From the NCBI GenBank assembly GCA_030390025.1, contig CM059449.1, forward strand, positions 17,112,001 to 17,176,000: a stretch of DNA of 64,000 nt. Direction: 5' to 3'. The notes under the pieces were generated by a model. That model saw only the letters and a list, made by a program, of their open reading frames with translations. It did no database searches and had not been told where the DNA came from. A program made the position numbers and the translations under genes. The stretch comes from Squalus acanthias. Its lineage: Eukaryota. Of this stretch, positions 49,601 through 61,600 are shown in pieces. The number at the start of each line of letters is the position of its first letter. The stretch's first letter is position 1.

Positions 49601-50298
49601 TGAGTGAGGTGTTCTGTAGGTGGGGATTGCCATTACAAGTGGATAGCGATCAGGGTCCACACTTTAAGGGGGCGGTTTTCACAACTCTGCAAGAAATGTT
49701 ACAGATAAAACATAAATTGCACATTGCGCACCATCCACAATCATCAGGGATTGTGGAGAGGGGAAATCGAACTTAAAAGACAATGTTGCAGAACTTGTGT
49801 ACAGAACACCCCACTCAGTGGACTGACATGTTGCCTTTATGTCTAATGGCAATACGCTGTACCCCACACGGAACTACGAGGGTAAGTCCATATGAGGCTA
49901 TGACTGGGAGACAAATGCGGATACCAGGACATGTAACATTGGGAAACAACACACCATTAAAACTACAACCATGTAGCCAAAAATGGTTACAAACCTTGAT
50001 AGATCATATGGATAAGGTAAACAAGCTGGTGGCCATTAACATAGGCAAATCGCGTGAACAAATCAAGCGATATTATGATAAAAGGGTAAAACCATTTGAG
50101 TATGATGTTGGAGACTGAGTAATGTTACAAAATTTCTCTTCAAAAAAACACTCATTCGAGATAAAATGGACAGGCCCTCATACCATAGTTGATAAATTAA
50201 ATCCAGCTGTGTATCTACTGAATGTCCCATATGGTCCGAAGGGAGAACCCAAATTGAAATGGTTCCATATCAATCAGATGAAAACTGTTAAGAATTAA
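46635..50298 (+). pseudogene. pol: Pol: aspartic protease, RT, degenerate RNase H (tether), RNase H, integrase with GPY/F-like end
   Basis: LVDTGS..ILGND; LDIANGFWSIP, LPQGFHNSP, DVDD (mutated YVDD); tether PFHLEV..PIAYAS..CERHLLA; YVDGS..QAELIA..WSDS..GNQMAD; H-H-C-C, QIDFIGP, DSDQG, SSGIVERGN; KWTGPH. Confidence 0.93.
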
Positions 50299-50331
50299 GA
50301 TGTTACATTTTGGTTTACCCACAGGTTAAAG

Positions 50332-51965
50332 ATGTGGCTCTGTATGCTGATACGGATAATTGGATGTGCAGTGAGCTCTCCGGAGGTAACAAAAACTTTT
50401 GACATTACCATTAACATCTGTACACTGGACGAAGGAGGCGAATGCGCCCTACTCCCCATCTATGGAACAGAACCTCGAATTGTTGGCGGACATAAGCAAT
50501 CAAAGAACTATAACGGATCATCCGAGACGTATGAGGGGGATGTTCCAGTTTGGATCAGAAATAGTACAAAAGATAATATAACAACACCATACGCAACGGG
50601 TTGTGGTATTTTACAAGAAAAGGTGTATAATTGGGAAGTAAAAGAAGGATATGGTGTGTGTATCAGGTGCGGAATAAAGAACAGGAAAGGCCCAAATGTG
50701 TGGACATTCCTGAAGAAAAAGAATGGAATCTGGGAACAGGTACAAGAATCAAATCAGGGACCAGTAGCTTCGGAAAGTAAGGGAAATATACAATTATGCT
50801 GGCCTCGGTGGTGGAAGAAACATACGTCGAATATTATCATGGGCTTTAAAAATCAGGATGATGATTGGCCTCCTATTCCCGAATATGATGGAAAGATTAC
50901 CTCAGCAGGATATGAGATTCCCAGAGACGATATAGAGATCACCGCGGCAGAAAATAAACCCTTTATGATGACTTTTAAACATTGGGAAGATTATAGGGAT
51001 TTTGAGAATAAATATAACAGAATAATAGAATTCGAAAATGCAACAACTGGATGTGTAAGGGACGATGGGTGTGCCTATAGTTTTAAGCTTACACCCTATG
51101 AGAAAGCAAGCCATTCAGAACCACGAGAGGGTGTACCCGAGGAACAATGTCCCCAACTAACACCAGGACCTGGGAACGGTCTTGTAATTATACCCACCTA
51201 TAAAGCAGTGCATCATCAAGTAATACCAGAAGTGGCCCCTGTTATCCTAAATTTAACAGAACTAATACTTCCAAAGTGGTGCCCTGACGAAACAGCACCA
51301 CTAACTCAGAGAATGCTGCAGCAGGTTTTTAATCAGTACTGGGAAAAGGCGACCTTATCTATAAGCATAGAGAAAACAGAAGATACCCTCCGTCACGAGT
51401 TTAGTACCACTGAAGAGAGCAGCCAGGGAAAGAGTAGACAGAAAAGAGGATTGATAAACGATGGACTCACAGGTTTCAACACAGTAACATCGATAATTAA
51501 CTCAATCGACTCCGCAGATTACAAAAACAATTACAAACGGTAAGGGAAAAGTTGAAGGAGATACTTAGGGAAAACAGCATAGTAAGCGAGGAGCTAAGGG
51601 AGGATCAGGTAATGACCATCCACCTGCAGGACATCATACATGAAATAGAGGATCATGCCAAAAGAATTAATGATCTGATTAGAGAAAACAGAAATGCCTC
51701 TGATCAAGCAGCCAACAATGACGTAAGCGTTACGTACGGGAATTGGCTGATTGAACAAACTAGGGAAAACCTTCAGACCATCAATCAGGGACGTCTCCAC
51801 ACATGGGTCACTAATAAACACTTATCAGGGCTATCCAGTTATTACGATGATGCAGAACTACGTAAGATCAGGAGTTTGATTAGGATCCACCCTGATAAAC
51901 ATGAATGCCACGAGGTAGGGAGTCAAAGGTTGATGGGACTAATACTACAGCCCATGTTTTCCTGA
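50332..51965 (+). pseudogene. env: Env-like glycoprotein, frameshifted near 51520 and truncated before the TM anchor
   Basis: Acceptor ttggtttacccacag| at 50324; signal peptide MWLCMLIRIIGCAVSS; N-glycosylation sequons; RQKR at 51436-51447 followed by GLINDGLTGFNTVTSIINSID and a heptad repeat. Confidence 0.8.
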
Positions 51966-54546
51966 ACTGTGCTGGCCGGGTGCTGGCTGCGTTCAGGCTG
52001 CCCAATTTGCAAAAGCGCCTCAATGAGGTCTTAGGCCCACTATTTACATAGCGCAATGTTTCAGTTATGAACCCTGGACACCTCTTTTACAGCCTTTACC
52101 AATATGGCGCTCGGCACGCTTCTGGCGTGTAATGAGTGCCCGCTCTACACCCACACTACAGGCGCGGCTCCACCGTAATTTTTAGCCCACATGTTTCCCA
52201 GATGTATCCACCATTCGTCATAAGTATATACAATTGGTGAAAGTGTGTTCCAGAATACAACGAAGTCGATTTTAGTCTTCATCGCCCAGGTTTTTAGTGT
52301 TACTTGGGCAGAGCACAGAAAGGAAAATGTGGTGCAGAGGATCGTACGCTGATAACAGAACATGCTTGATTTTCCTTCCATTCATTTCAATAGAGATTAA
52401 GTTTGGGTTCTGTTACTGGCGTGTGATCCGCCCTACCAGATTTTCCTTTCTGCTCCCCGAGTCCCCGCCCAGGTGATGCCGAATGCCGGATGGTACAGAC
52501 GAAAATCACCCCAATGTTAGATATGACGACAAAAATGGAAAACGTTGCATAACAGCATTGCTTACACAATCTTTGGAGCAGAACAATTTATTTCATTACA
52601 ATCATTAACACAATTCAGTTTATGGATCTATATCTTACTCAGAGTTTCACCAGAGGATCTATAGTCGGCAGTGAGTTTGGTCTGGAGCAAAGTGCACTGG
52701 TATCTCGATCCTCGCCCATCTCCGGCTCCTCCCTCCTTCTCTCTCCCTCCTCCCACTACCAACACTCCATGGACCTTCACCCTCCCGGCCAAGGTTCAAC
52801 TATTCCCCTCTGTCCTCTAACCAAGTTTGTCCTTTACACTGCTTGAGGTTTTGTCTCCCTGTGTAAAAGTTGCCGGGACATAGACTAGCGGTTCAAGAAG
52901 GCGGCTCACCACCACATTCTCGAGGGCAATTAGGGATGGGCAATAAATGCTGGCATTGCCAGCGACGCCCAGATCCCATAAAAACGAATAAAAAAAAGGA
53001 TAATAATAATTATCTGAGTATTGCCGTGAACTTCATCGGGAAATCGCTGAACTGAGGCTGTTCGGCAACGCAGTAACATCCAAACTGAAAGCGGTAGGAA
53101 AAGAAGGAGACTGACTCCTGCCCGGGATGTAGAGAGGAGTTTCCGGAAAGAAACCGCAGAGCCAGTTGGCCCTTAGCGAATCTGGCTTGAAAGCAAGAAA
53201 ATTAACCCTGAATCCGAAAGAGAAGGAAAGTAAACATCACTGTGAGGAACATCAGGAAGAACTGAAGCCGTTTTGTGAAAATGACAAGAAATTGATCTGT
53301 TACACTTGTAGAGATGCGCGGGAACACAGAGAGCACCACTTCATGCCCATTAAAGAAGCTCTTGGAATCTACAAGGTAAAAGGGAACAGATTTGCTCACC
53401 TGATTATTTTATCACATTATCACGTTTATTCTGTGATTTTCTCTCCCAATCCCAGGGTCAGGTGAAAATCTTCCTTAGATTCTCTCACAGTGAAGAAATC
53501 AGCGGCTCTAGAAACTGAGCGGGGGCAGAAACAGAAGATTTCCGAAGTTAGGGTAAAGTCTCCCTGTGCTGATGTTCTGGGATGTCAGTTAGTTTTGTCC
53601 TTTGTCGCGGTACTCATTATTTTCACATTTCATTTGGTAGGAACAGTCGAGCAGTCTGCAGACCCGCATCACATCTGGGTTTACTAAAATGCACCAGATT
53701 CTCAGTGAGAAAGAGCAGCGTTTAATCCGAGATCTCAGGGAACAAGAGGAGAGGATTCTAGAAACAAAGGAGAAAAATCTTCGTGAAATTCAAGAGAATT
53801 TAAATTCTATTCAGGAAAAGCTCTCAAAGTTGCAAAAACAGATGGAGCAAACAGGCAGACTGATATTTCTGAAGGTGAGGATTATATTTCAGTTTAGTTC
53901 CATTTACTTGGGTGTAATTTCTGCTATCCGGATATAGACGCTCAGTCTCTGTCAACTCAGATTGGTGTTTTATTTATTTCAGGAGGAAGCTTGTCAGAAG
54001 ATGAGGTAGGACATGCTCTTTACTGAAACTCTTCACCGTTTGGTAAAAGAACTCAGAAAAGTGTTTATGGTCAATTTATAACCAATTGTTTGGTATTTGC
54101 AGGATTAGCGAGGACAGTAATGAACTGACATTAGCAGATGCTGCACTGTCTATCGAAAAATTCAAAGGCCCTTTAAAGTACGCAGATGCCATTCACTCCG
54201 GTAAAACTCATATAGGTTCCTTAGTCCTGATTTATAACTAATTTATTTGTATAACTAATCAGATTATATCAAAGACAGTATGTTTTAATACTAAGTAGCT
54301 GCAAAGCAATGCGGTTAACAACGGCCCTGAATAGAATTCATGTGTTATTCACGCACAAATCCACCTTCTACAAAGCATCGCCTTCAATTAGTCAGCAGAA
54401 AATTCCAACTCTCCCAACATGACCAACACGGAGACCCTCGGATGAACCACAGCCTCCAGAATACTTTTGCAGAATTCAGCAAGAGGTAATCCACCTCCAC
54501 CCCGCACCCTTTCCCAGCGGAACCTTCCCTCCTCTACAGTGCGGCA

Positions 54547-55076
54547 GCCACCTTGTGCACCAAACGCATGTGCAGGGCTAAGGTTAGGGCAGGAAGCCTA
54601 AGCAAGCCTGGGAGGAGGAGAGGCGAGGGGTCTGGAGTCAGCTGGTGTTCACTGTGGACGTGGGGAGCAAGCACTTGATTGCAATCCACTTCCTCAAAGC
54701 TGGGAGGAGTCGGCGGCAGAGAATAAAGAGAGCGGGACCGGAGGACAGCGTGGAGCTGCCTGGAGTCGGCAGCAGAGGCGGCAGAGAATAAAGAGAGCGG
54801 GAGCCGGGGAATGCGCCGAGCTGCCTGGAGTCAGCAGCAGATACAAATCCGGCGAGTTCCAAAAGAACAGGCGGCTGTCCTCCGGTCCCGCTCTCTTTAT
54901 TCTCTGCCGCCGACTCCTCCCAGCTTTGAGGAAGTGGATTGCAATCAAGTGCTTGCTCCCCACGTCCACAGTGAACACCAGCTGACTCCAGACCCCTCGC
55001 CTCTCCTCCTCCCAGGCTTGCTTAGGCTTCCTGCCCTAACCTTAGCCCTGCACATGCGTTTGGTACACAAGGCGGC
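54547..55076. repeat. 203-bp near-perfect inverted repeat with 124-nt spacer
   Basis: 54547-54749 is the reverse complement of 54874-55076, with ~2 mismatches seen near the outer end. Confidence 0.92.
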
Positions 55077-56733
55077 AATTTATATTCGGCAAAAAAAATT
55101 CAATGAGTGACGTCACAGGACAGCAGGTAAGTGATTGGTTGGTGAGTATTACCTTTGTCTTTTTCTCTCTACGTTCAATCAGTGGGTTAGTTCTAAGTCT
55201 ATTAAATAGAGGCATGGCAGGGCAGCTCAGTCCCGTGGAGTGCACGTCCTGTGCCATGTGGAAAGTCCTGGACGTTTCACGTAGCTTGGACGACCACATT
55301 GGCAGGAAGTGTCACCAGCTACAGCAACTCGAGATCCGGGTTTCGGAACTTGAGCGGCAGCTGGGGTAACTGCGGTGCATCTGCGAGGCTGAGAGTTACG
55401 TGGATAAAACGTTTCAGGAGGTGGTCACTCCGCAGCTTAAGAGTATGCAGGCAGAGAGGGAATGAATGTGCGCCAGAGAGAAGGGGAGGACCAGGCAGGT
55501 AGTGCAGGAGTCCCCGGAGTGCATCTCATTCTGAAACCAGTATTCTGTTCTGAGTACTGGTGAGGGCTATGGTTCCTCTGGGGAGTGCAGCCAGAGACAA
55601 ATCCATGGCACCACGGGTGGCTCAGCTGCACAGGTAGGGAGGAAAAAGAGTGGAAGAGCAATAGCGGTAGGGGATTCGATAGTTAGGGGAGCAGACAGGC
55701 GTTTCTGTGGACGCAGGCATGACTCCAGGATGGTATGTTGCCTCCCTGGTGCCAGGGTCAAGGATGTCACTGAGCGGCTGCAGAACACTCTGAGGGGGGA
55801 TGGTGAACAGCCAGAGGTCGGTGTCCATATCGGTAGCAACGACATAGGCAGAAAGAGGGATGAGGTCCTGCAGGCAGAGTTTAGGGAGCTAGCAGAGAGA
55901 TTAAAAAGCAGGACCTCAAAGGTAGTAATCTCCGGATTACTCCCGGTGCCACGTGCTAGTGAGTACAGGAATAGAAGGATAGAACAGATGAATGCGTGGC
56001 TGGAGAGATGGTGCAGGAGGGGTGGGGGGGGGGGGGTGGTGCTTTAGATTCCTGAGGCATTGGGACCGTTTCTGGGGAAGGTGGGACCTGTACAAGCCGT
56101 ACGGATTACACCTCAACAGAGCCGGGACCAATATTCTCGCGGGGCGGTTTGTTAGTGCTGTTGGGGAGGGTTTAAAGTAGCTTGGCAGGGGGATGGGCAC
56201 CAGCATATAGGAGTAGAAAATAGGAATAAGGTGCATAAAAGAGTGAGTGTGTTAGATAGCACTAGAGAAGAAAGTATTGCTAGAGGCGGAAGTAGTACCA
56301 TATTAGATGAGAGCAGACTAAGAAAGACTTCGAAAAATTCAAAAATGGGTTTAGAATACATGTACGTAAATGCACAAAGTGTGGTGAATAAACTTAGTGA
56401 TCTACAAGCACAATTAGTCATGTGATAATATGATGTTGTGGCAATAATGGAAACGTGGCTTAAAAACGGTGAGGACTGGGCACTTAATATTCAAGGGTAC
56501 AAGGTGTTCAGAAAAGATAGGGAAGAAAAAAAGGGAGGTGGGGTAGCAGTGCTGATTAAGGAAGACATTGTAATTTTGGAAAGGGAGGATGTTCTTGAGG
56601 GGACAAGGACAGAATCCATTTGGTTAGAGTTGAGGAGCAAAAAGGGTATGATCACACTATTGTGGGTATTCTATAGGCCTCCAAATAGTGAGAGGGAGAT
56701 AGAGGAGCAAATCTGCAGGGAACTCGCAGAGAT

Positions 56734-57976
56734 TTTTCGAGGGGGTGACTAGGTGTGTGGATGAGGGTACTGCAGTTGATGCAGTCTACAAGGACTTCAC
56801 TCAGGCTTTTGACAAAGTCCCGCATGGGAGACTGGTCATGAAGGTAAGAGCCCATGGGATCCAGGGCAATTTGGCACATTGGATCCAAAATTGGCTTAGT
56901 GGCAGGAGGCAGAGGATGATGGTCGAAGGTTGTTTTTGTGACTGGAAGCCTGTGTCCAGTGGTGTACCGCAGGGATCAGTGCTGGGTCCTTTGCTGTTTG
57001 TAGTGTACATTAATGATTTAGATATGAATGTAGGAGGTATGATCAGTAAGTTCACAGATGACACGAAAATTGGTGGAGTGGTAAATAGCGAGGAGGGAGG
57101 CCTCAAGCTACAGGACGATATAGACGGGTTGGTTAGATGGGCAGAACAGTGGCAAATTGAATTTAATCCTGAAAAGTGTGAGGTGATGCATTTTGGGAGG
57201 ACTAACAGGGCAAGGGAAGGCACAATGAATGGTAGGATCCTAGAAAGGACAGAGGATCAGAGGTACCTTGGTGTGCATGTACACAGATCCCTGAAGGCAG
57301 CAGGACAGGTAGATAAGGTGGGTAAAAAGGCATATGGAATACTTCCCTTCATTAGCCGAGGCATAGAACATCAGAGCAGGGAGGTTATGATGGAGCTGTA
57401 CAATATGCTAGTTAGGCCACAGCTGGAATACCGTGTGCAGTTCTGGTCGCCACACTAGGAGGGATGTGATCGCATTGGAGAGGGTACAGAGGAGATTCAC
57501 CACGATGTTAACTGGGCTGGAGCGCTTCAGCTATGAAGAGATACTGGACAGGCTGGGGTTGTTTTCCTCAGAGCAGAGAAGGCTGAGGGGGGACCTGATT
57601 CAGGTGTACAAAATTATGAGGGGCATAGATAGGGTAGATAGAAAGGAACTTTTCCCCTTAGTAGAGGGGTCAATAACTAGGGGGCATAGTTTCAAGATAA
57701 GGGGCAGAAGGTTTAGAGGGGATTTGGGGGGAAAAAATTTCACCCAGAGGGTGGTTGGAATCTGGAACTCACTGCCTGAAAGGGTGGTAGAGGCAGGAAC
57801 CCTCACAACATTCAAGAAGCATTTAGAAGAGCACTTGAAACGCCATAACATACAAGGCTACGGACCAAGTGCTGGAAAATGGGATTAGAATAGACAGGGC
57901 TTGATGGCCGGCGCGGACACAATAGGCCGAAGGGCCTCTTTTTGTGCTGTATAAATCTATGAGTCTATGACTCTAT
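56734..57976 (+). mobile_element. Younger CR1 3' fragment nested in the EN domain of the host CR1
   Basis: RT C-half plus (ctatgagt) tail; the host frame rejoins as ELAEI|CKSYSVVILGDFN. Confidence 0.88.
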
Positions 57977-58279
57977 ATGCAAGAGCTATAGTGTGGTGAT
58001 ATTGGGAGACTTTAATTGACGATTGGGATAATGCTAGGGTAAAGGAGAAGGAGGTGGAGGAATTTCTGAAATGTGTTCAGGAGAATTTCCTTGACCAGTA
58101 TGCTCTTGGCCGAACTAGGAAGGAGGCATTGCTGGATCTGGTGCTGGGGAATGAGGTGGGCCAGGTCGACCAAGTGTCTGTGGGAAAACACTTGGGTATG
58201 AGCGATCATCCTATCATCAGATTTAGATTAGCAATAGAGAGGAGCAAGGAACAATCTAGAGTGGAACTTCTAAACTGGA

Positions 58280-58655
58280 AAAACAACAGAAAACGCTGGA
58301 AAAACTCAGCAGGCCAGGCAGCATCCGTGGAGAGAGAAAGAGAGTTGACGTTTCAGGTCGATGACCTTTCATCAGAACTGGGAAGAGCTGGAAATCAAAT
58401 AGATTTAAGGCCAGGGTAAAGCTGGGAAAAGGGGGAGGGGATAAAGGAACAAAGGAGGAGATGAAGAGACATTAAGAGACATTAAGAGAAACTGAAATCA
58501 ATGAAGATGAACAAGGTTGAAGAGCCAAACGGAAATCCCGTCGAAGAGAAGAGCAGAACTTCTTCAAGGTAGGCATTCCAAGAAGAGAGGTGGCAGTGAA
58601 CCAAACACTAATACGATAGCAAAATACTGCAGATGCTGGAAATCCGAACTGGACT
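58280..58655 (-). mobile_element. Penelope fragment nested in CR1
   Basis: Pseudo-LTR sequence as at 20573; aactgga-like motif at both junctions. Confidence 0.75.
58343..58379 (-). ncRNA. Minimal type I hammerhead ribozyme motif (Penelope-associated)
   Basis: AGUU-CUGAUGA-AAGGUC-AUC-GACCU-GAAAC-GUC-AACU: stem I AGUU/AACU, stem II, intact core, palindromic ACGU stem III, GUC site. Confidence 0.7.
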
Positions 58656-61600
58656 GGAAATCGGGTTAACTTCAATGGGATGCGAAAGGATCCAGACAGG
58701 GTAAAATGGAACCAAAGACTGAAAGGAAAATTTGTAACGAAACAATGGGTGTTCTTTAAGGAGGAGATGTTCCAAGTACAGGCTAAGTACATTCCAACAA
58801 GAGGGAAGGTTAAGGGAAGTAAAGCAAGGGCTCCTTGGATGACGAGGGAGATAGAGAAGATGTTGAAACAAAAAAAAGAGGGTGTATGATGCATGTCAGG
58901 TGAATTCTTCAAGGGAGAAGCAGACCAAGTACAATAAGTTGAGTGGGGAAGTGAAGATGAAAATAAGATTGACAAAGAGAGAATATGATGGCAGAATGGC
59001 GGTTAACATAAAAGGGAACCCAAAAATCTTCTGCTGGCATGTAAATAGTAAATGGGTACTAAGAGGCGGGGTGGGGCCTATTAGGGACAAAGAAGGTGAT
59101 CTATGCTTAGAGGCGCAGGGCAAGGCTAGAATACTCAATGAGTGCGTCGTATCGGTGTTTACTAAGGAGGTGGATACTGACAAAATATCGGTAGAAGTGG
59201 AAAAGGTAGAAGCAATGGAAGGGGTGAAAATTGATAGACAGGATGTACTAGAAAGGCTGGGTATGCTTGGAGTGGATAAGTCGCCTGGTCCAGATGGCTT
59301 GCATCCCAGGTTGCTAAGGGAAGTGGGGGAGGAGATAGCGGAAGGGCTTGCCGTCATTTTCCAATCTTCCCTAGATGCGGGGGAGCTGCCTCAGGATTGG
59401 AAACTGGCAAATGTGACACCATTGTTCAAGAAAGGGTGTCAGGACAATCCTAGTAACTACAGTTTAACATCAGTGGTGGGTAAAGTTTTACAAACAATAA
59501 TCAAGGAACAAATTAACGGGAACTCGGAGAGATTTAAGCTAATTAAGGAGAGCCAACACGGATTTATAAAAGGCAGATCATGTTTGACTAATCTAATTGA
59601 ATTTTTTGATGAAGTAACAGGGAGGATTTATGAAGGGAATGCAATGGATGTTGTCTGCATGGATTTTAGGAATCCATTTGACAAAGTACTACATAGAAGG
59701 CTGGTTAACAAAATTGAGGCTCATGGAATAGGTGGGTTAGTGGCAGCTTGGATAAGGAATTGGCTTAAGGACAGAAAACAGCGATTTGTGGTAAATGGCT
59801 CTTTTTCAGACTGGAGGATGGTAAACAGTGATGTTCCCCAAGGGTCATTGCTGGGGCCACAGCTTTTTTCGATACATATAAATGACCTGGACATTGGAAT
59901 ACAGAGTAGAATTTCTCAATTTGCCGGTGACACCAAATTGGGGGTGTGGCAAACAGTGAGGATGATACCAATCTACTGCAACAGGACATCGAAAGTCTAG
60001 CAGAATGGACAGACAAGTGGCAGATGGAATTTAATACAGAGAAGTGTGAGGTGATGTATTTTGGCAGAAGGAACAGAGAGAGCCAATACACACTTAATGG
60101 CACAGTTTTAAAGAGTGTACAGGGACAGAGGGACCTGGGAGTTAATGTGCATAGGTCCCTGAAGTTGGCAGGACATATTGAGAGAGTGGTTTGCAAAGCA
60201 TATGGAATCTTAGGCTTCATAAACAGAGGTATTGAGTACAAACGCAGAGCAGTTATGCTGAACCTTTATAAAGCGCTGATTAGGCCACAACTGGAGTATT
60301 GCATCCATTTCTGGTCACCACACTTTAGGAAGGATGTGAAGACCCTTGAGAGGGTGCAGAGGAGATTTACCAGAATGATTCCGGATGGGGGATCTTAGCT
60401 ACAAGGACAGGTTGGAGAAGCTGGATTTGATTTCATTGGAGCAAAGGAGGTTGAGAGGTGATTTGATAGAGGTGTACAAGATTATGACGGGTTTGGGATA
60501 TGCTAGACAGAGAAAGGCTGTTCACACTAGTTGATGGTACAAGGACTAGGGGACATATATTTAAGATTTTGGCCAAGAGATACAGGGGGGAATGTGAGGA
60601 AAAACTTGTTTACGCAGCGAGTGGTGAGGACCTGGAACTCACTGCCGACGGAAGTGGTGGAAGCAGAGACACTCAATATTTTCAAGGGCACTTGAGGGAA
60701 ATAAACTTGCACGGCTATGGGGATAGAGCGGGGGAATGGGACTGACTGGATTGCTCTACAGAGAGCTGGCACGGACTCGATGGGCCGAATGGCCTCCTTC
60801 TGTGCCGTTATGACTCTATAAGTGTCACCAAGGCTTATTCTCTCAATTGTCTTGAGGAACCATTGCACTCGCCCGAGACAAATGTCTTTAGTGCATCCAG
60901 GGAGAGTATCAGGGTAGAGGTGTGACAGCGGTGCATCACATTGAATAGCCGCTGATGCTTTGTCTCTGCGGATCTGTTCATGTTTCCGCTCCCTCTGCTG
61001 AGTTTTGTTTATTTAGTTTCTCGCCGCTATCACTTAGCTCTCTCTGCCCTTCTACAACGGTTCCGCTCCTTCCATTTTTAAATTATTTTTCTTCCCTTCT
61101 TTCTTTCCCTCTGGAGTCTATATATTTCCCCCTCTCCCTCATCAATCGCGCTGATTGGTGATGTGGGGATATCCAGGGTGATGCCTCCGGGTGGAGATTG
61201 TGTCTCCAAGCCCTGTCGGAGCCTCTTGTGTATTTCTAAAGACCCGTGGGTCAGTCTGCCGGTGCTGAAAGCCGTAGGACGCTGGGGGCCGCAGGGTTCC
61301 CTTGTAGCGAGTCAGGATCAAAGCAGGACGTCAGGGACTGAAGAAAAGGCAAAAATAAAACCCATTGTGCGTCCGGTCCCCGCTCAGATCTTACCGGGCT
61401 GGAAAGTCAGAGCGGTCCCAGGAGCGTAAACCCTCGGGTGGGAATAGATTCCAATAACAGGACCTGGAGTCCTTTAAAATCACCGGAATTCCCGGGAATC
61501 CCCAAGTGGACACTTTGAAAAGGAAAGTGTTTAATAAATCTTGGCAAGAAGCTAAATCACTGACTGTCTCATTGCACCTTTCCCCCAGCTCCAGCCTCTC

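Larger units (their letters stand above)
43389..51965 (+). mobile_element. Endogenous retrovirus, 3'-truncated, defective (lokiretrovirus-like by inference)
   Basis: LTR-PBS-gag-pro-RT-tether-RNaseH-IN-env order; multiple stops and frameshifts; no 3' LTR seen. Confidence 0.9.
55085..60819 (+). mobile_element. Near full-length decayed CR1 LINE in the last TRIM intron, with nested insertions
   Basis: ORF1 from ATG 55214 (CTSCAMW..esterase GDS/GSND/GLHLN); ORF2 EN from ~56350; RT 58882-60400; 3' tail. Confidence 0.92.

Noticed and set aside
50473-50490. PRIVGG in Env resembles a trypsin zymogen activation site
   Set aside because: No downstream serine-protease motifs (PWQVSL, TAAHC, GDSGGP); probably chance.
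52411-52870. Possible 3' LTR or solo LTR
   Set aside because: No similarity to 43389-44194; termini and TSD could not be defined.
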